This document shows positions 61,928 to 64,000 of a stretch of DNA of 64,000 nucleotides, in pieces (within the stretch, counting starts at the first letter, position 1; every line of letters begins with the position of its first letter). Origin of the DNA: Vicugna vicugna (Eukaryota). The notes below the pieces were generated by a model. It saw only the letters and a program-made list of their open reading frames with translations, was not told the origin of the DNA and ran no database searches. The stretch spans positions 186,001 to 250,000 of the forward strand of contig MU057801.1 in the NCBI GenBank assembly GCA_013265495.1. Reading direction: 5' to 3'. The position numbers were made by a program, and so were the translations under genes.

Positions 61928-62649
61928 GTGAGTTGTACCGGTTGTCGCGCAAGGAGGCGGGTCGGGTCCGAGGCGGGTCGGGTCCAGGACGTCAGGGGCG
62001 CCTGCCCAGGTAGTCTCCGGGAGGGGGATGATCGTGTGGGGACAAGTGGATCTGTGGAGCCGTGGCACTGGCAAGGGGATCGGAACCGAGCTCCGGTCCG
62101 GATGCCCGAGGGCGGGGAAGAGAGGCAGGCCAGAAAACTACCACTCCCGGCATGCCAAGGGGCGAGCCGTTGTGGTCCTAGGCGGCCCGGCGCCGCGGTG
62201 CATTCTAGGACTTATAGTCTCCGAAGGCCACGCACCCTTGGTTCCTGGACCGTTGTGACCAAATAGCACTAAGGCTAGTAATTAAAAATAACAGAAGGTA
62301 TTTTAAAGCCAAGAAGTAGAAAAAAGTGAAAATAGATCATCAGAGTACTAGCAAATAAGTCAGCCTTGTCAGATAAACAGATTTTTAAACTTTCTGAGAC
62401 TATGTCTTTGTTTCGTAAATTCTCTTAGCCCCAACGCCCTTATCTATAGGACGAAAATAACATCTCACCAGGATTAAAGAGAAAATCCATGTAAAGTGCT
62501 CAGTAAATGTTAGCTGGTATAATTCTTGACCTGCCTTCAAAACCAAAAATTAATTATGTGCATGCAAATGGTAAAAAGAATTTTTTAAAAAAAATGACTT
62601 TATTTTTTTAGATCTTTGGATTTTTTTCACTGAAAAAATTGAATGAAAG

Positions 62650-62812
62650 ATACATAAAATTCCCATTTCTCCTGTCCTCCAGCCCCAGGTGCCCCACTAT
62701 CAATATCCACCACCAGAGTAGTACATTTGTTATAGTCGATGACCCAGCATTGACATCACACATCATCCTCACCCAATGTTCATAGTTTACATAAGGGTTC
62801 ACTCTTTGGTGA
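62650..62812 (-). mobile_element. L1MC-like 3' fragment
   Basis: 'caccagagtagtacatttgttatagtcgatgacc...catagtttacataagggttcactctt'. Confidence 0.65.
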
Positions 62813-63164
62813 GGATGATGTGTGATATATAACTCCCCGAAGTGTGCAGATCATTTCTGATTTACAGATGAGGAAACAGGCACAGCGAGTTTAAGTAACT
62901 TGCTCATACAATTAATAGGCGATAGAAGCTGGGTCCCAGCCCAGGTACTCTGATCCTACAGCCTGTGCTCTTGACCGCAGCCCCATGTAGGGCACCTTCA
63001 GATGGTCAGGCTTTCCAAGTAGTCGGTCTCCAAAGAGAGAGTATGTGAGAGACTTTGCTGTGGCAGGGGTGGAGGCCAACCTCACCTAGGGAAAAGTTTA
63101 ATTATGTCTGCAGAGTGTGAAAAATATTTTGAGCCAATATATTAAATCTTGGAGATGTTATGTA

Positions 63165-63307
63165 TGGTGTTTGTCATTTGTTTGTTTTGTTTTTTGGAGG
63201 GAGGCAATTAGGTTCATTTATTTATTTTTAATGGAGGTACTGGGGATTGAACCCAGGACCTTGTGTGTGCTAAGCACACACTCTATCACTGAGTTATACC
63301 TTCCCCC
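63165..63307 (-). mobile_element. tRNA-Ala-derived SINE (vic-1-like)
   Basis: Reverse-complement SINE; TSD core gagatgttat. Confidence 0.88.
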
Positions 63308-64000
63308 AGAGATGTTATATAAATACTAAGGCTTTCTTCCTTTGCAAAACATGAAGATCTGCCGTTCTGAGCCCACATTTTCCCAAGGCAGCCCCTGGCT
63401 GGAACTGAGGGTATGTGAGTCCCCCTGTTCATCTCCATCACCCTGACAGCAAGGCTGTGAGACAGGGGCCTGTAGCCCCATGAGGTGGAGAGACAGTCCA
63501 CACCACCCTATTCTGTCAGAGGAGAAGAAGTCAGACTTGCTTGTTAACTGTCTGGGCTACAGAAACATCTGGGCTGCCCGCTGTTGGCTTTCCCATCGGA
63601 GATGAATAAACTGGCATGGGAGACTTTCCTCTCAATTTCTGTGAGCTTGGACAAGGCAGGGCCACCCCAAGGGCTGGGTTTGCTTGGAGAGCACTGACAA
63701 ACCTCCTTTTGTAAGCCTGTGAGGTTGAGGGTGGTGTGAATTCATCAAGTAGAAGGCGCTGGGTGAGGGTTCAGCACCTGTCCCCTTCCCTGGCACCCCT
63801 GCATCACCCTGCTCCTTGCACACATACCCACTGAGGACTGCGGTTAATCTGAACACTCTCAGACTGTGAGGGTAGGGGACCCTTACTCCCAGAGGCACCC
63901 TCAGGCCACATACACAGGGGTTGGGGGTGCAGAAGGAGATGCCCAAGTGGACACATGTGACCTGAGACAAGTCACTTCACCTCACAGGCCTCAGCTCCCT

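Larger units (their letters stand above)
61400..62250. promoter_or_regulatory. Bidirectional CpG-island promoter of CRNKL1 (-) and the putative CFAP61 (+)
   Basis: CpG-dense; ETS sites (accggaagcggaa, 61793-61805), perfect DR1 TGACCTTTGACCT (61816-61828), X-box-like motifs at 61837-61850 and 61854-61867. Confidence 0.8.

Overview
Mammalian (eukaryotic) genomic DNA, so most of the supplied six-frame ORFs are spurious. The window carries the syntenic block RIN2 - NAA20 - CRNKL1 - (CFAP61). It contains the last four coding exons and 3' UTR of RIN2 (+), the complete six-exon NAA20 gene (+, 178 aa), the complete 14-exon CRNKL1 gene (-, 693 aa), and a bidirectional CpG-island promoter whose + side is probably the non-coding first exon of CFAP61. 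Eight tRNA-Ala-derived SINEs resemble the camelid vic-1 family, so the source is probably a camelid (inference). The rest is L1, MIR, MER DNA-transposon and LTR remnants, simple repeats and a 340-nt assembly gap. I see no wholly new gene system. The most notable observations are: (1) a tailless retrocopy of a 5' tRNA-Gly(TCC) half with leader and 15-bp TSD inside an L1; (2) an extreme local GC shift in CRNKL1 exon 8 (63/64 codons end in G/C) with clustered GC-ward amino-acid changes; (3) two U12-type minor introns, one of them AT-AC; (4) a candidate poison exon in NAA20 intron 1; (5) an antisense L1 apparently inside the CRNKL1 3' UTR; (6) a perfect 19-bp template-switch hairpin. Comparisons with human proteins and repeat consensus sequences are from memory and need checking by alignment.
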